DNA of 64,000 nucleotides from Candidatus Cloacimonadales bacterium (GCA_963662585.1 OY759729.1:768001-832000); one strand, 5' to 3'; counted from the stretch's first letter, positions 10,152 to 20,334 are shown. The notes: generated from the sequence alone by a model not told the origin. Translations and numbers: made by a program.

Positions 10152-11857
10152 GGTGATACCTTCCTTATAATTTTTTCTATACTTTCTGAATCAGTAGTCA
10201 GATCAATATTTTGCAATTCAATAATATCTTCATCTTTTAAATCTAGTACTCTTTTCTTTACATCTAAATAAGCACTCGGAGCAATACTGAAAGTTGTTAT
10301 TCCTAAGGCAATTAAGAGAGGGATATACTTGGGAGTTGAAGCCATAGCTCCACAGACTGAGATGGGGATATTATATTTACTAGCAGAATCTGCTGTCATC
10401 TTAATCAAAGTCAATACTGCTGGATGATGTGGAATATAATAATCAGATAACAGATCATTAGTTCTATCTACAGAAAGAGTATATTGAATGAGATCATTTG
10501 TTCCTATACTAAAAAAGTCCACTTCCTTAGCTAATTGTTCACTACAAATTGCTGCCGAAGGAATCTCTATCATTACCCCAATCTCAATATTCTCATCCAC
10601 TTCATAACCCTTAGTTATTAAGTTACTCATCACTTTTTTAACAAATTTCTTAGCTTTCAAGTAATCTTTAACCCCAATAACCATAGGGAACATAATCTTG
10701 ATTTTTCCATAAATACTAGCCCTAAGAATAGCATTTATCTGAGTTCTAAAGATGTTTGGATGGCTTAGAGAGAAGCGAAGTCCTCTATTTCCTAAGAAAG
10801 GATTTTCCTCTTTAGCGTAAGTAACAATATTGGAGAATTTATCGCCTCCTAAATCAAAGGTTCTAATCACTACCGGCTTGTTACCCATCTTTTCTGCCAT
10901 ATCTTTATAGATTCTAAATTGTTCCTCTTCTGTTGGCAAAGTATCTTTATCCATGAACAAGAACTCAGTTCTGAAAAGTCCAATTCCATCTGGGGATAAA
11001 GTGGCAGTGTGAGTTACTTCCTCAGGAACTTCAATATTTATTTCTAAATTTATTTTCTTATCTAATATTTTATTAGGGGTTATTTCAATAAGGGAAAGCA
11101 AATCTTCTTTATGTCTGTTAAGAATTTGCAATTTTTCCCGATATTGGTTGAGAATTTCAGGTTCAGGATTAATTATTATTTTACCTTCATTCCCATCTAA
11201 GATTATTAAATAATTATTTTCAATCTGGGAAAAGAGGTCGGGAACCCCAACGATACAGGTAAGATCAAAAGAACGAGCAATAATTGCATTATGAGAAGTT
11301 TCAGAACCTTTTTCTAAATAAAACCCTTTTACACCTTCACGAGCTAAATGAATAATCTGACTAGGTGTTGTTGTGTAAAAGAGAGGAATATCATCGCGAT
11401 TGAACCTATTCTGTTTGAATCCTTTACGACCAATCAGGATATTTAGAATTCTATTATTTACATCGGTATAATCAATAGCTTTCTGAGCAAAGAAATCATT
11501 ATCCAAACCTTCAAAATAATTTGCTACTTTAGTGAAATGTTGATGAATTGCATGTTCTAAACCAACCAAATTATCTTGAATTAACCTTATAACTTCTTGC
11601 TTCATTTCAGGGTCTTGTAAAATCATTTTATGTGATTCAAAAATCTCCTGATTAGCTTGATTTACCGAATACTCATCAATAAGATTATCAGTATCTTTCA
11701 CAACCTCATTGATAATTTTCTCAAATCTTTCTATTTCTTTATCTATTTCTTCTTTCTGAATATCTCTTTTTTTTATCTCTAATCTTTTCTGTTTAATTAT
11801 TTTAGCTTTACCAATAGCAATTCCCGGAGCTACTGATAATCCTTTCAAGACAATCAT
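10148..11857 (-). CDS. ptsI: Phosphoenolpyruvate-protein phosphotransferase (PTS enzyme I)
   Basis: GSETSHNAIIARS phospho-His site, GIGLFRTEFLF, FFSIGTNDLIQY. Confidence 0.95.
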   Translation of the reverse strand: MIVLKGLSVAPGIAIGKAKIIKQKRLEIKKRDIQKEEIDKEIERFEKIINEVVKDTDNLIDEYSVNQANQEIFESHKMILQDPEMKQEVIRLIQDNLVGLEHAIHQHFTKVANYFEGLDNDFFAQKAIDYTDVNNRILNILIGRKGFKQNRFNRDDIPLFYTTTPSQIIHLAREGVKGFYLEKGSETSHNAIIARSFDLTCIVGVPDLFSQIENNYLIILDGNEGKIIINPEPEILNQYREKLQILNRHKEDLLSLIEITPNKILDKKINLEINIEVPEEVTHTATLSPDGIGLFRTEFLFMDKDTLPTEEEQFRIYKDMAEKMGNKPVVIRTFDLGGDKFSNIVTYAKEENPFLGNRGLRFSLSHPNIFRTQINAILRASIYGKIKIMFPMVIGVKDYLKAKKFVKKVMSNLITKGYEVDENIEIGVMIEIPSAAICSEQLAKEVDFFSIGTNDLIQYTLSVDRTNDLLSDYYIPHHPAVLTLIKMTADSASKYNIPISVCGAMASTPKYIPLLIALGITTFSIAPSAYLDVKKRVLDLKDEDIIELQNIDLTTDSESIEKIIRKVSP

Positions 11858-12123
11858 TCAGCTTCCCCAAACCTGTCATTAAATAGTTGTTCAATCTCTT
11901 TTAATAAATAAGCTTCATCAGGACCATCTATTAATAAACTTAGTTCTGATCCACATTCCGCAGCCAGCATCATTACGCCCATAATGCTTTTCCCATTAAC
12001 CTTCATTCCCTCTTTTTCAATATGGAACTCTGAACGATATTTGGTCGCTGCTTTTACTAACATTGCTGATGGTCGGGCATGCAATCCCAACTTATTCTCT
12101 ACTTGTATTGTTTTCTCTATCAT
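11854..12123 (-). CDS. ptsH: Phosphocarrier protein HPr
   Basis: GLHARPS (His15) and NGKSIMGVM (Ser46). Confidence 0.95.
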   Translation of the reverse strand: MIEKTIQVENKLGLHARPSAMLVKAATKYRSEFHIEKEGMKVNGKSIMGVMMLAAECGSELSLLIDGPDEAYLLKEIEQLFNDRFGEAE

Positions 12124-12138
12124 TTTAAAATCCTTTCA

Positions 12139-13110
12139 TCAGTTATTGTTATTCTGACTGATATTAATCTTACGCAATAATGATTTTCTCTTAATTTCTT
12201 CCTGAATTTTATTGGTATAATCCTCTGCAGCATCATAGCCATAGTTCTTTAAAATAAAGTTCATAGCAGCAACTTCCACAATAACAGAAACATTCTTTCC
12301 TGGTGAAACAGGAAGATAGATTATCGGAATATTAATTCCCAGATGCTCAACAAAGTTATTGATTAAGCCAATCCTTTCATAATCCATATTTTCGCGCCAA
12401 GGCATTAACTCGATTTGCATATCAATTTTCAGATTCTGTCTTACTCTCTGAATTCCAAACATTCTCTCTACATTGACTAAGCCAACACCCCTAATTTCCA
12501 TAAAGTGTCCAAAATCTTTGGCTGGATATCCCCAAAGATTATCATCAATTACCGTTATCTTCACAGTATCATCAGAAACTAAACTGTGTCCCCGATGAAC
12601 TAAATCTAAGGCACATTCACTCTTACCTATTCCGCTTTTACCAGTTAGCATAATTCCTATTCCATACACTTCTATTAAAGTGGCATGAATAGTCATTTCA
12701 GGTGCAAATAGCTTATCTAAGTATTTAGATAAAGCATGATATAGATTTATCGTGGAGAGTCTGGTAGAAAATACTGTTACACTCATCTCATTAGCCAAAT
12801 ATTCCACGATATAAGGTAAAGTAAGACCTTTAGTAACAATCAAGCAAGGAATCCTATAAGTAAACATACTTTTTACTCTTTCATAGATTTCGTCTTCTGT
12901 AAGTGATTGAAGATATCTAATTTCTGTTTCTCCAAACACCTGAATACGATCAGAAGAGAATCTATTTAAGAATCCTGCAAGAGCTAAGCCTGGTCTATTT
13001 ATATGGGGAGAAGTTATGCTATTATTAAGCGTTTTTTCATCCGTAATAAGACTTAAGGCAAATCTATTTTTATTTAATTCAAAAAAATCTTTTAATGTAA
13101 TCTCTTTCAT
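12139..13110 (-). CDS. hprK: HPr(Ser) kinase/phosphorylase
   Basis: NRPGLALAGF, Walker A GKSGIGKSE, MEIRGVG. Confidence 0.95.
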   Translation of the reverse strand: MKEITLKDFFELNKNRFALSLITDEKTLNNSITSPHINRPGLALAGFLNRFSSDRIQVFGETEIRYLQSLTEDEIYERVKSMFTYRIPCLIVTKGLTLPYIVEYLANEMSVTVFSTRLSTINLYHALSKYLDKLFAPEMTIHATLIEVYGIGIMLTGKSGIGKSECALDLVHRGHSLVSDDTVKITVIDDNLWGYPAKDFGHFMEIRGVGLVNVERMFGIQRVRQNLKIDMQIELMPWRENMDYERIGLINNFVEHLGINIPIIYLPVSPGKNVSVIVEVAAMNFILKNYGYDAAEDYTNKIQEEIKRKSLLRKINISQNNNN

Positions 13111-13131
13111 TAGCTTAGTACCGTAGATAAT

Positions 13132-13158
13132 GAGGGTGCACTTGGGAAGTACACCCTC
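13132..13158 (-). terminator. Stem-loop between hpf and hprK (weak terminator or processing hairpin)
   Basis: GAGGGTGcACTT-loop-AAGTaCACCCTC inverted repeat; no strong U-tail. Confidence 0.45.
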
Positions 13159-13171
13159 TATTGGTTAAAAA

Positions 13172-13711
13172 TTATGGTTGTAAAAGTTTAAAATGAGTTT
13201 CATCTTTTTTAACTAAAACATTGATTCTATCAGTCTCAACATTTTTGAAGATGAAATATTCATTATCTTGTGATTCAAATTGTTCTAACGCTTCATCTAC
13301 TGTAAGAATATCAGGTACAACGCGTTTAGTTTTAACTAATTTGTGTTGTTCTGAAGCTTCGCCCTTTTTATAGAGAGCAGCTCTTGAGTAATATGGGTCA
13401 AAATTTTCTTTTAATCCTTTCTTGTGGTGATCAGTAACTTTATCTTTTAATTTCTTAATTTGGGCTTCCATCTTCTCGATTGTTTCATCAATAGCAATAT
13501 ACATGTCCATAGCCTCGCTATTACTTTGCAATGTAAATTTAGAAGCATGCAAAACGATTTCGCATTGATTCCTACTGGACTCTACCGCTAGGGTAACATG
13601 AATAGTAATAATGTGATCAAAATATCTTTTTAATTTGATCAAACTTTCTTCAACATAGTCTCTTATTGCATTAGTTAATTCGAAATGGCGAGCAGATATT
13701 GTAATATGCAT
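13172..13711 (-). CDS. hpf: Ribosome hibernation promoting factor (long HPF)
   Basis: MHITISARHFELTNAIRDYV, DMYIAID, C-terminal EALEQF..FIFKN..INVL; downstream of rpoN. Confidence 0.92.
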   Translation of the reverse strand: MHITISARHFELTNAIRDYVEESLIKLKRYFDHIITIHVTLAVESSRNQCEIVLHASKFTLQSNSEAMDMYIAIDETIEKMEAQIKKLKDKVTDHHKKGLKENFDPYYSRAALYKKGEASEQHKLVKTKRVVPDILTVDEALEQFESQDNEYFIFKNVETDRINVLVKKDETHFKLLQP

Positions 13712-13719
13712 AAAGCCTC

Positions 13720-14601
13720 CTACTTGGTTATATATTGTTGTATTCTTTCAGCATGGTAAGAGCTTCTGACCAGTGGTCCGGACTCAACAAAGATGAATCC
13801 TAACTCTTCACCATATCTTCTATATTCTTCAAAAATATCAGGATGAACATACTCTTTTACTGGAATATGCTCACGGCTTGGTTGAAGATACTGTCCGATA
13901 GTAACAACTTGAACTTGATGCTTATAGAGATCATCAAGAAGCTGTTTTACCTCTTCCACTTTCTCTCCTAACCCTACCATAAATCCACTTTTTGTTATAA
14001 TTTCAGGATTTATCTCTTTTACTTTTTCTAACAACTGAAGCGACCTATGATAACTAGCCATTGGTCTGACTTCAGGGTATAATCTTTCAATTGTTTCAAC
14101 ATTGTGATTTAGAACTGTTGGTTTAGCTGCAATAATTGTTTCTAGTGCCTCCCAATTGCCTTCTAAATCAGATATAAGGGTTTCTGTAGTTACTGTAACA
14201 GGACATTTCTCTTTGATTTCTTCCAATACTTTGACAAATTGGGAAGCTCCTCCATCAGGTAAATCATCCCTTGTTACTGTAGTTACTACTATATGTTTTA
14301 ACTTTAATTCTTTAGATAACTCTGCAATATGGACTGGTTCTAAAGGATCAGGGGGAAGCAAAGCCTTGTTTTTTTCTACTGCACAAAATCTGCAATTACG
14401 AGTGCAAACTTCACCCAAAATCATGAATGTAGCTGTTCCGCTATTAAAACATTCACCTTGATTTGGGCATCTTGCCGAATTGCATACAGTATGGAGGTTA
14501 AATTTTGACAAGTATTGCCTTACTATGTTTGCTTGTTCATTGCCTAATCTGTTAGCTTTCAACCATTCAGGTTTTCTAAGTTTATTCATCGACATTACCA
14601 A
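13720..14601 (-). CDS. lipA: Lipoyl synthase
   Basis: RKPEWLK, CX4CX5C (CNSARCPNQGEC), CX3CX2C (CTRNCRFC), VRSSYHA. Start uncertain among 14601, 14595 and 14589. Confidence 0.95.
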   Translation of the reverse strand: MVMSMNKLRKPEWLKANRLGNEQANIVRQYLSKFNLHTVCNSARCPNQGECFNSGTATFMILGEVCTRNCRFCAVEKNKALLPPDPLEPVHIAELSKELKLKHIVVTTVTRDDLPDGGASQFVKVLEEIKEKCPVTVTTETLISDLEGNWEALETIIAAKPTVLNHNVETIERLYPEVRPMASYHRSLQLLEKVKEINPEIITKSGFMVGLGEKVEEVKQLLDDLYKHQVQVVTIGQYLQPSREHIPVKEYVHPDIFEEYRRYGEELGFIFVESGPLVRSSYHAERIQQYITK

Positions 14602-14626
14602 CCTCTAATTTATATTTATAGTATAA

Positions 14627-16024
14627 TCAAATTTTATGAACTGACAAAGAAATTGTGTCTTCAATTGACTCCATCACAATTTCAGATAAGGTAGGGTGAG
14701 CAAAGACTATTTTCTCAACATCATGTACTCTAGCATCTTTGCCTATTAAGATGCCACCTTCAGCAATGAGTTCAGAAGCTTGCAATCCGATAATATGCAT
14801 ACCAACTATTTTTTGACTCTTAGCATCAACAATAGTTTTAGCAAAGCCAAAAGTGTTTCCCATGCCCATAGCCTTACCGCTAGCAGTGTAAGGGAACTTT
14901 CCAACTAATATCTCACCATACTTTTCTTTGGCTTGCTCTTCAGTTAAACCTACTGAAGCAACTTCGGGATTAGTGAAAGTACAGCGTGGTACATTTTCAT
15001 AGATTATCGGATCTATATCGTGAGGATTTTCCTCTAATTCACTCTTAATTAACTCTGCCACAAGAAGTCCTTGCTTAGAAGCTGTATGAGCAAGCAACTG
15101 TTTGCCGTTCAAATCACCAATAGCATAAAGATTTTCTACACCTGTGCGCATAAATTCATCAACAACTATTGAAGATTTATTTCTCTCTAGTTGAATATTT
15201 TCAAACTCGATTTCACAGCTAGGAGATCTACCAATGCTAACTAAGACCTGATCTGCTTCGACACTCTTTCCATCAGCTAAAGTTAATTTAACTCCATTAT
15301 CAGTCTCTTCATAACTCTTAACGCCCTTATTCAAGATAAGTTTCATTTTATTTCTTTTAAAAGCCATTCCGATTCTTTTAGAGATTTCTTCATCTTCACC
15401 AGCTAGAAGTCTTGGTAAAAATTCAATAATAGTTACCTCAGTTCCTAATTGCTGGAAAATAGAAGCAAATTCGCAACCAATAACCCCTCCCCCCACTACA
15501 GCAAGGCTTTTAGGTAGTTCTTTTAATTGCAAAATATCTTTAGAGCTAAGAATTTTTTTATGGTCAAACTTCATAAAAGGCAATTCAGTTGGTTTAGAAC
15601 CTGTTGCTAAAATTACAAAATCAGCTGTAACTTCTTCCTTTTCTGAAACAATGTGAAAGATACCATCTTTTTTAATAATTTTAGTTACTAGAGAATTAAT
15701 CAAAGGAAGTTCCAGTTTCTTGAACATAAACTCGATTCCGCCCACTAACTTCTCTACAACTTCATCTTTTCTTTTATATATTTGACTAAAGTCAATTTCA
15801 GGATTATCTAACTTGATTCCAAAATCATGAGCTTCTTTAATTTCTGTAAATAGTTCAGCAGTTTTAACTAAAGTTTTAGTAGGAATACATCCCCAATTAA
15901 GACACACCCCTCCTAATCTCTCTTTCTCAAATACAAGAGTCTCAATATTATATTGTTTTAATCTTAACGCTGTAACATAGCCTCCGGGACCACCACCAAT
16001 AATGGCTACTTTAAAGTGTTTCAT
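14627..16024 (-). CDS. lpdA: Dihydrolipoyl dehydrogenase
   Basis: GGGPGGY, GGVCLNWGCIPTK, HPTLSE. Confidence 0.95.
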   Translation of the reverse strand: MKHFKVAIIGGGPGGYVTALRLKQYNIETLVFEKERLGGVCLNWGCIPTKTLVKTAELFTEIKEAHDFGIKLDNPEIDFSQIYKRKDEVVEKLVGGIEFMFKKLELPLINSLVTKIIKKDGIFHIVSEKEEVTADFVILATGSKPTELPFMKFDHKKILSSKDILQLKELPKSLAVVGGGVIGCEFASIFQQLGTEVTIIEFLPRLLAGEDEEISKRIGMAFKRNKMKLILNKGVKSYEETDNGVKLTLADGKSVEADQVLVSIGRSPSCEIEFENIQLERNKSSIVVDEFMRTGVENLYAIGDLNGKQLLAHTASKQGLLVAELIKSELEENPHDIDPIIYENVPRCTFTNPEVASVGLTEEQAKEKYGEILVGKFPYTASGKAMGMGNTFGFAKTIVDAKSQKIVGMHIIGLQASELIAEGGILIGKDARVHDVEKIVFAHPTLSEIVMESIEDTISLSVHKI

Positions 16025-17484
16025 TAACTTCTCCTTAATCTACTGTTTAATATATTTAGTTCATCGCGATATTTAGCAACAATTCGCCTTGATACATTTA
16101 AACCATCATCTTTTAGTAACTTAACAATATCTTGATCAGTTAATGGCTTAGATTTATCTTCAGCTTCTACATACTTCAGAATAAATGTTTTAACTTTTTG
16201 ACGCGAGATAGATTCAAAGTTATTATCAATACCTGCTGTGGAAGTAAAAAACTTCTTTAGCGGATAAATACCAAAGGGAGTATCAGCATATTTATCCTTA
16301 ACTACGCGGGAAATAGTAGATTCACTAACTCCAATATCTTCAGCAATAGAAGAGTAGTTAAGAGGTAAAAGAACCCCTGTCTGATTATAAAAGAAATCAT
16401 ATTGATGTTTAATAATAGAGTTCATTACTCTCTCTAAAGTTCTAACCCTCATATACATAGATTTTATTAAGAACTTAGCAGAGTTTATTTTATCACGGAC
16501 ATAATGCACTGTCTCTTTATCCACACTTGTTGAATTTATTAGCTTTCTATAGCGGGAATTAATAACTAGGTTAGGTGAATATGAGTCATTAACAATAACC
16601 TGGAATTCATCACCTATTTCCTTAACTATCAGATCTGGAGTAATATACTTATCATTGCTATCTAATAATCTTAATCCTGGCTTAGGGTCTAGTTTGGCTA
16701 CTTGGTCCCTTAAAAATGTGATATATTCTAAAGAAACTTGATATTTAGCTGCTAGTTTTTGATATCTTCTATGAATCAAATCTTCAAAATCTGACTCTAA
16801 GATATTTATTAATATTTTATTCTCTTTTTGAGCATCCTCAAGTTGGGAAATTAAGCATTGAGAAATATCGCAAGCTGTTAAACCTTTTGGATCTAAGGAC
16901 ATAATAATTTCATGAATTTCTTCAGCTCTCAAGTATGCTATATCATAAATATCAGCTACTTCTTTAATAAATTCCTGATCTTTCAAGAATCCATATTGAT
17001 CAACAGAATCAATGAGATAGGTAGCAAATTCATACTCATCTTCACTCATTGGATAGGAGTAAAGCTGTAGCAGATATTCTGCCATTTTATCTTCAGGAGC
17101 TTTGAGATATTTTTCATAGAGAGCACTATCATCATCCTCTCTATTATAGGAATAATCCTTATTATTATTAGTCATCTGATGAAATTCATTCCAGGAATCT
17201 AGAATTTCTGTAAGTTCCTGAGCTTCTTCTAAAGTCTTAGAAACCTCATCAATCTCTTCCCCCATCTCTTTTTCATCATTAACTACTTCATCTCTGATAA
17301 TATCATCATCGCTGTCTGAATCATCAATATCTCGCATTTCTAAGAGAGGATTTTTCATTATCTCTTGTTTTAAATGAAGTTCAAGCTCCATCAAAGGAAG
17401 CGTAAGCATCTGCAAAGATTGCAGCATTTTTGGTTTAAGAGCTAACTCTTGTTTCTGCTTTATCGATAAAGTTTGATTTAACAT
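16024..17484 (-). CDS. rpoN: RNA polymerase sigma-54 factor
   Basis: Gln/Leu-rich region I, LDPKPG, HTH SESTISRV, RpoN box SRRIVAKYR. Confidence 0.96.
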   Translation of the reverse strand: MLNQTLSIKQKQELALKPKMLQSLQMLTLPLMELELHLKQEIMKNPLLEMRDIDDSDSDDDIIRDEVVNDEKEMGEEIDEVSKTLEEAQELTEILDSWNEFHQMTNNNKDYSYNREDDDSALYEKYLKAPEDKMAEYLLQLYSYPMSEDEYEFATYLIDSVDQYGFLKDQEFIKEVADIYDIAYLRAEEIHEIIMSLDPKGLTACDISQCLISQLEDAQKENKILINILESDFEDLIHRRYQKLAAKYQVSLEYITFLRDQVAKLDPKPGLRLLDSNDKYITPDLIVKEIGDEFQVIVNDSYSPNLVINSRYRKLINSTSVDKETVHYVRDKINSAKFLIKSMYMRVRTLERVMNSIIKHQYDFFYNQTGVLLPLNYSSIAEDIGVSESTISRVVKDKYADTPFGIYPLKKFFTSTAGIDNNFESISRQKVKTFILKYVEAEDKSKPLTDQDIVKLLKDDGLNVSRRIVAKYRDELNILNSRLRRS

Positions 17485-17487
17485 TGT

Positions 17488-18237
17488 TTATTTCACCACG
17501 GTATTACTCTGGAACCTATCACCAAGATATAATTCTCGAGCTTTAGGATTATTAATTAACTCTTCAGATGTGCCTGTAACCATTATTTGACCTTCAAAGG
17601 TAATATAGGCTCTATCTACTATTTTTAAGGTTTCAGTTACATTATGATCTGTTATCATAATACCGATATTCTTAGATTTCAATTTTAAAATAATATCCTG
17701 AATATCATTAATAGAAATTGGATCTACACCAGCAAAGGGTTCATCCATAAAAAGAAATGAAGGATTTGTTACTAAGGAACGAGTAATCTCAAGCTTTCGG
17801 CGTTCTCCACCTGAAAGAGTGTAGGCTTTTTGCTTAGCTACTTTTGTTAGATTAAGCTCATCTAAATACTCCTCCAACATCTTTTTTCTCTCACTCTTAG
17901 GAGAATCTACAGTCTCTAAAATTGCTAAAATATTCTCTTCAACTGTTAGTTTATGAAAGATTGAAGGTGCCTGAGCTAAATAGCCAATACCAAGTTGAGC
18001 CCTTTTATACATTGGCTTGTGGGTTATATCGGTATCATTGAATAGTATTTTACCCTTATTAGGCTTTGTTAAACCTAATATCATATAGAATGTAGTGGTT
18101 TTACCAGCACCATTAGGCCCTAATATACCCACAACCTCCCCTTGAGAAATACTTAAGCTCAAATCATTGACTACTCTTCGCTTACCGTATATCTTGACTA
18201 AATTTTTTGCTTCAATATGATTTTTTATTTTATCCAT
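17488..18237 (-). CDS. lptB: LPS export ABC transporter ATP-binding protein
   Basis: GPNGAGKTTTFYM, LSGGERRKLEI, DEPFAGVDPI, ITDHNV. Start moved to ATG 18237 (MDKIKNH). Confidence 0.95.
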   Translation of the reverse strand: MDKIKNHIEAKNLVKIYGKRRVVNDLSLSISQGEVVGILGPNGAGKTTTFYMILGLTKPNKGKILFNDTDITHKPMYKRAQLGIGYLAQAPSIFHKLTVEENILAILETVDSPKSERKKMLEEYLDELNLTKVAKQKAYTLSGGERRKLEITRSLVTNPSFLFMDEPFAGVDPISINDIQDIILKLKSKNIGIMITDHNVTETLKIVDRAYITFEGQIMVTGTSEELINNPKARELYLGDRFQSNTVVK

Positions 18238-18243
18238 ATACAT

Positions 18244-18272
18244 AAAATAAAGATATTTACGAAACTTGTCAA
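18244..18272 (-). promoter_or_regulatory. Candidate sigma70 promoter for lptB-rpoN
   Basis: Minus-strand TTGACA (18272-18267), 17 nt, TATTTT (18249-18244). Confidence 0.5.
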
Positions 18273-18420
18273 GGAATTTAAGCAATTTTTTTTCCAAAAA
18301 CAGAATTATATTTTTTTATTTTTTCATAACTCTAATTTACTTAGGGAAATAAGGTGATTTTAAGACCACAAATAAAAGCTTTTAAGCAGAATTATTAACA
18401 TTATAAGAAGCAAAAAAAAA

Positions 18421-18456
18421 CATCCTCCTCGGTGAGGGGGACATAGGGAGTGATTT
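18421..18456. repeat. Degenerate family-A palindromic repeat
   Basis: CATCCTCCTCGGTGAGGGGGACATAGGGAGTGATTT resembles the copies at 19233 and 19431. Confidence 0.65.
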
Positions 18457-18475
18457 ATCTGCATGCAATTAAGCT

Positions 18476-18514
18476 AAAAAAAAGTCCTTGGGAAGAACTA
18501 ACTCCCCAAGGACT
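18476..18514 (-). terminator. Rho-independent terminator of the 155-aa gene
   Basis: AGTCCTTGGG..CCCAAGGACT stem followed by T8 on the minus strand, 13 nt after the stop. Confidence 0.8.
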
Positions 18515-18527
18515 AATTTTACCTTAT

Positions 18528-18995
18528 TTATCCTGCAATTGGATTAACAAAATTCTCATAACCTTCAACTTTCGGAAGATAACCTTTATTTACTGCATCA
18601 CTAACAGTAAGAATATTATCATAACTTCCTAAGTTAGTATCATCAATAGATAAGGCATCAAGATTAACTGGTAAATCCACATCTTTTGATGCAGCCCATA
18701 AAACCTTAGTAAATAATCCATAAACATTTCCAGCAAGTTGCTTTCTAAAAGCCTTCAATTTGTACATTTTCTTAGCATAAGCTCTTAAATCCTCTTTATA
18801 AGCATCAGATATTTCTGAATAAAAAACACTTATATTAGAAGCCTTTCTTCCTAAGTTTTCATTCTGTGCTGTTATCTCTCTATCTACTGCTACCATTCTA
18901 CCAACAACTACATTTCTATCTGCAAAATTTGCGTAGTTAAAATCATCTGCTGTGCCTGAGTAACTTTTAATTCCAAATCTGAATTTTACTTTCAT
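18528..18995 (-). CDS. Hypothetical protein (155 aa)
   Basis: AGAGG RBS, own terminator, basic N-terminus MKVKFRFGIKSYSG; function not recognised. Confidence 0.75.
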   Translation of the reverse strand: MKVKFRFGIKSYSGTADDFNYANFADRNVVVGRMVAVDREITAQNENLGRKASNISVFYSEISDAYKEDLRAYAKKMYKLKAFRKQLAGNVYGLFTKVLWAASKDVDLPVNLDALSIDDTNLGSYDNILTVSDAVNKGYLPKVEGYENFVNPIAG

Positions 18996-19036
18996 TTTTA
19001 ATTCCTCTTTTTTTTAGTTTTTTATTTTTTGCTTGC

Positions 19037-19088
19037 AAGCTTACATAAACCTATAGGTCCCACTTTTTCGCAAATTGGTCCAGTTTTT
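19037..19088 (-). promoter_or_regulatory. Conserved upstream motif, copy 1 (AAAAAcTGGACCAATTTgcGAAAAAGTGGGaCCTATAG..AAGCTT)
   Basis: Closely matches 36208-36259 in the opposite orientation; each copy points toward a downstream gene. Confidence 0.6.
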
Positions 19089-19197
19089 GAAAAAAAGTTT
19101 AAAAAAGTTAAAAATACTTTTCTTCAATCAAGTTAGAGGCATTAGCTAAACATAAATATAACAGATACTTATCAGCTGTTTAACTTTCTACAACAAA

Positions 19198-19865
19198 ATC
19201 CCCTCCACGAAAGGACTGAGAGGGCCTTTCTTAAATCCCCCTCCGTGAGGGGGAAACAGGGAGTGTTTCCTATGGAATGGAAGCGTCCCTGCTTCCATTA
19301 ACTGGGGTTACGGACCTTTAGTCCGTGAATCTTAAACTCCCCGCTTTAGTGCTGAAGGCACGCTAAAAGAGGGGTGGCATCGAAGATGACGGGGTGTTTT
19401 TCTTATGGGAGTATGGCAATACGCCCCTACAAATCCCCTTCCGTGAGGGGGACACAGGGGGTGATTGACTTCTTATTGATATAGAATTTAATCTATTGGT
19501 ATCTGAATAATTGCATGGCTCTGTTTGTGATAATAGGTGGATCAATTGTATAATATTAGTGGCTCAACATAATGAGACTGGTTGGCTCTCTGGAGGATAT
19601 TATGCAGCAGTTTAATCTGCTACATTTTCAACACCCCACCTGCTGCGCAGGCACCCCTCTTCTCCAGAGGGGACTTAAATACCTCGCGTTCTAGACCTCT
19701 TAAACTCCCCGCTTTAGTGCTGAAAGCACGCTAAAAGAGGGGTGGCATCGAAGATGACGGGGTGTTTTTCTTATGGGCGTATGGCAATACGCCCCTACAA
19801 ATCCCCCTCCGTGAGGTGGACACAATGGGCCTTTCCTATGGAATGGAAGCGTCCCTGCTTCCATC
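19198..19865. repeat. Mosaic (BIME-like) cluster of REP-like palindromes, several families
   Basis: Family A (~19233, 19431, 19799); family B TATGGAATGGAAGCGTCCCTGCTTCCAT (19271, 19837); family C TAACTGGGGTTACGGACCTTTAGTCCG (~19299); GTAG-type REP (19407-19430, 19775-19798); family F (19333-19398, 19630-19767). 19331-19456 is directly repeated at 19699-19824. Confidence 0.88.
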
Positions 19866-19950
19866 AAGCAATAAATCCCCCATTTTAATAAAATCCTTTA
19901 CAAAATTTCCCCCTTTCATTATTATGCCAAAAAGTATGAAAGGAGCACTT

Positions 19951-20307
19951 ATGAAAGTACTAATCATTTTTAATAGAGAACCTTACGACAATACAGATGT
20001 TACTTGGAACGGACTCCGACTTGCCGAAACACTTCGTGCTAAAGGAGTAGAAGTAAGAATCTTCTTAATGAACGACTCCGTCGATATGGCCCGTGATGTC
20101 TGCAAACCTCCAGTAAATTATGATCAAGACCTCTCCCAATTATTAAAGGATCTTATCGCCAACAATGTTCCTGTAAAAGTTTGTGGAACCTGCATGGCCC
20201 GTTGTGGTATCTATAAAAATCATCCCTATTTTACCGGAGCAGAAAAATCTACCATGGGACAATTAGCTGACTGGGTCATCGACAGCGATAAAGTCATCAC
20301 TTTCTAA
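19951..20307 (+). CDS. DsrE/DsrF-like (YchN-type) family protein
   Basis: AAGGAG RBS then ATG 19951. MKVLIIFNREPY..NGLRLA..VRIFLMNDSV..VKVCGTCMARCG..STMGQLADWVIDSDKVITF. The ORF-track extension to 19762 lies in repeats. Confidence 0.85.
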   Translation: MKVLIIFNREPYDNTDVTWNGLRLAETLRAKGVEVRIFLMNDSVDMARDVCKPPVNYDQDLSQLLKDLIANNVPVKVCGTCMARCGIYKNHPYFTGAEKSTMGQLADWVIDSDKVITF

Positions 20308-20334
20308 CCAACTGGAGATTAACTAGGAAAATCT

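Noticed and set aside
19068..19083. Sigma-54 promoter (TGGACCAATTTGC)
   Set aside because: GG-to-GC spacing is 8 nt, not the required 10.
19363..19950. ORF 19363-19545 and the N-terminal extension of ORF 19762-20307
   Set aside because: Read through palindromic repeats; the RBS and DsrE homology start at 19951.
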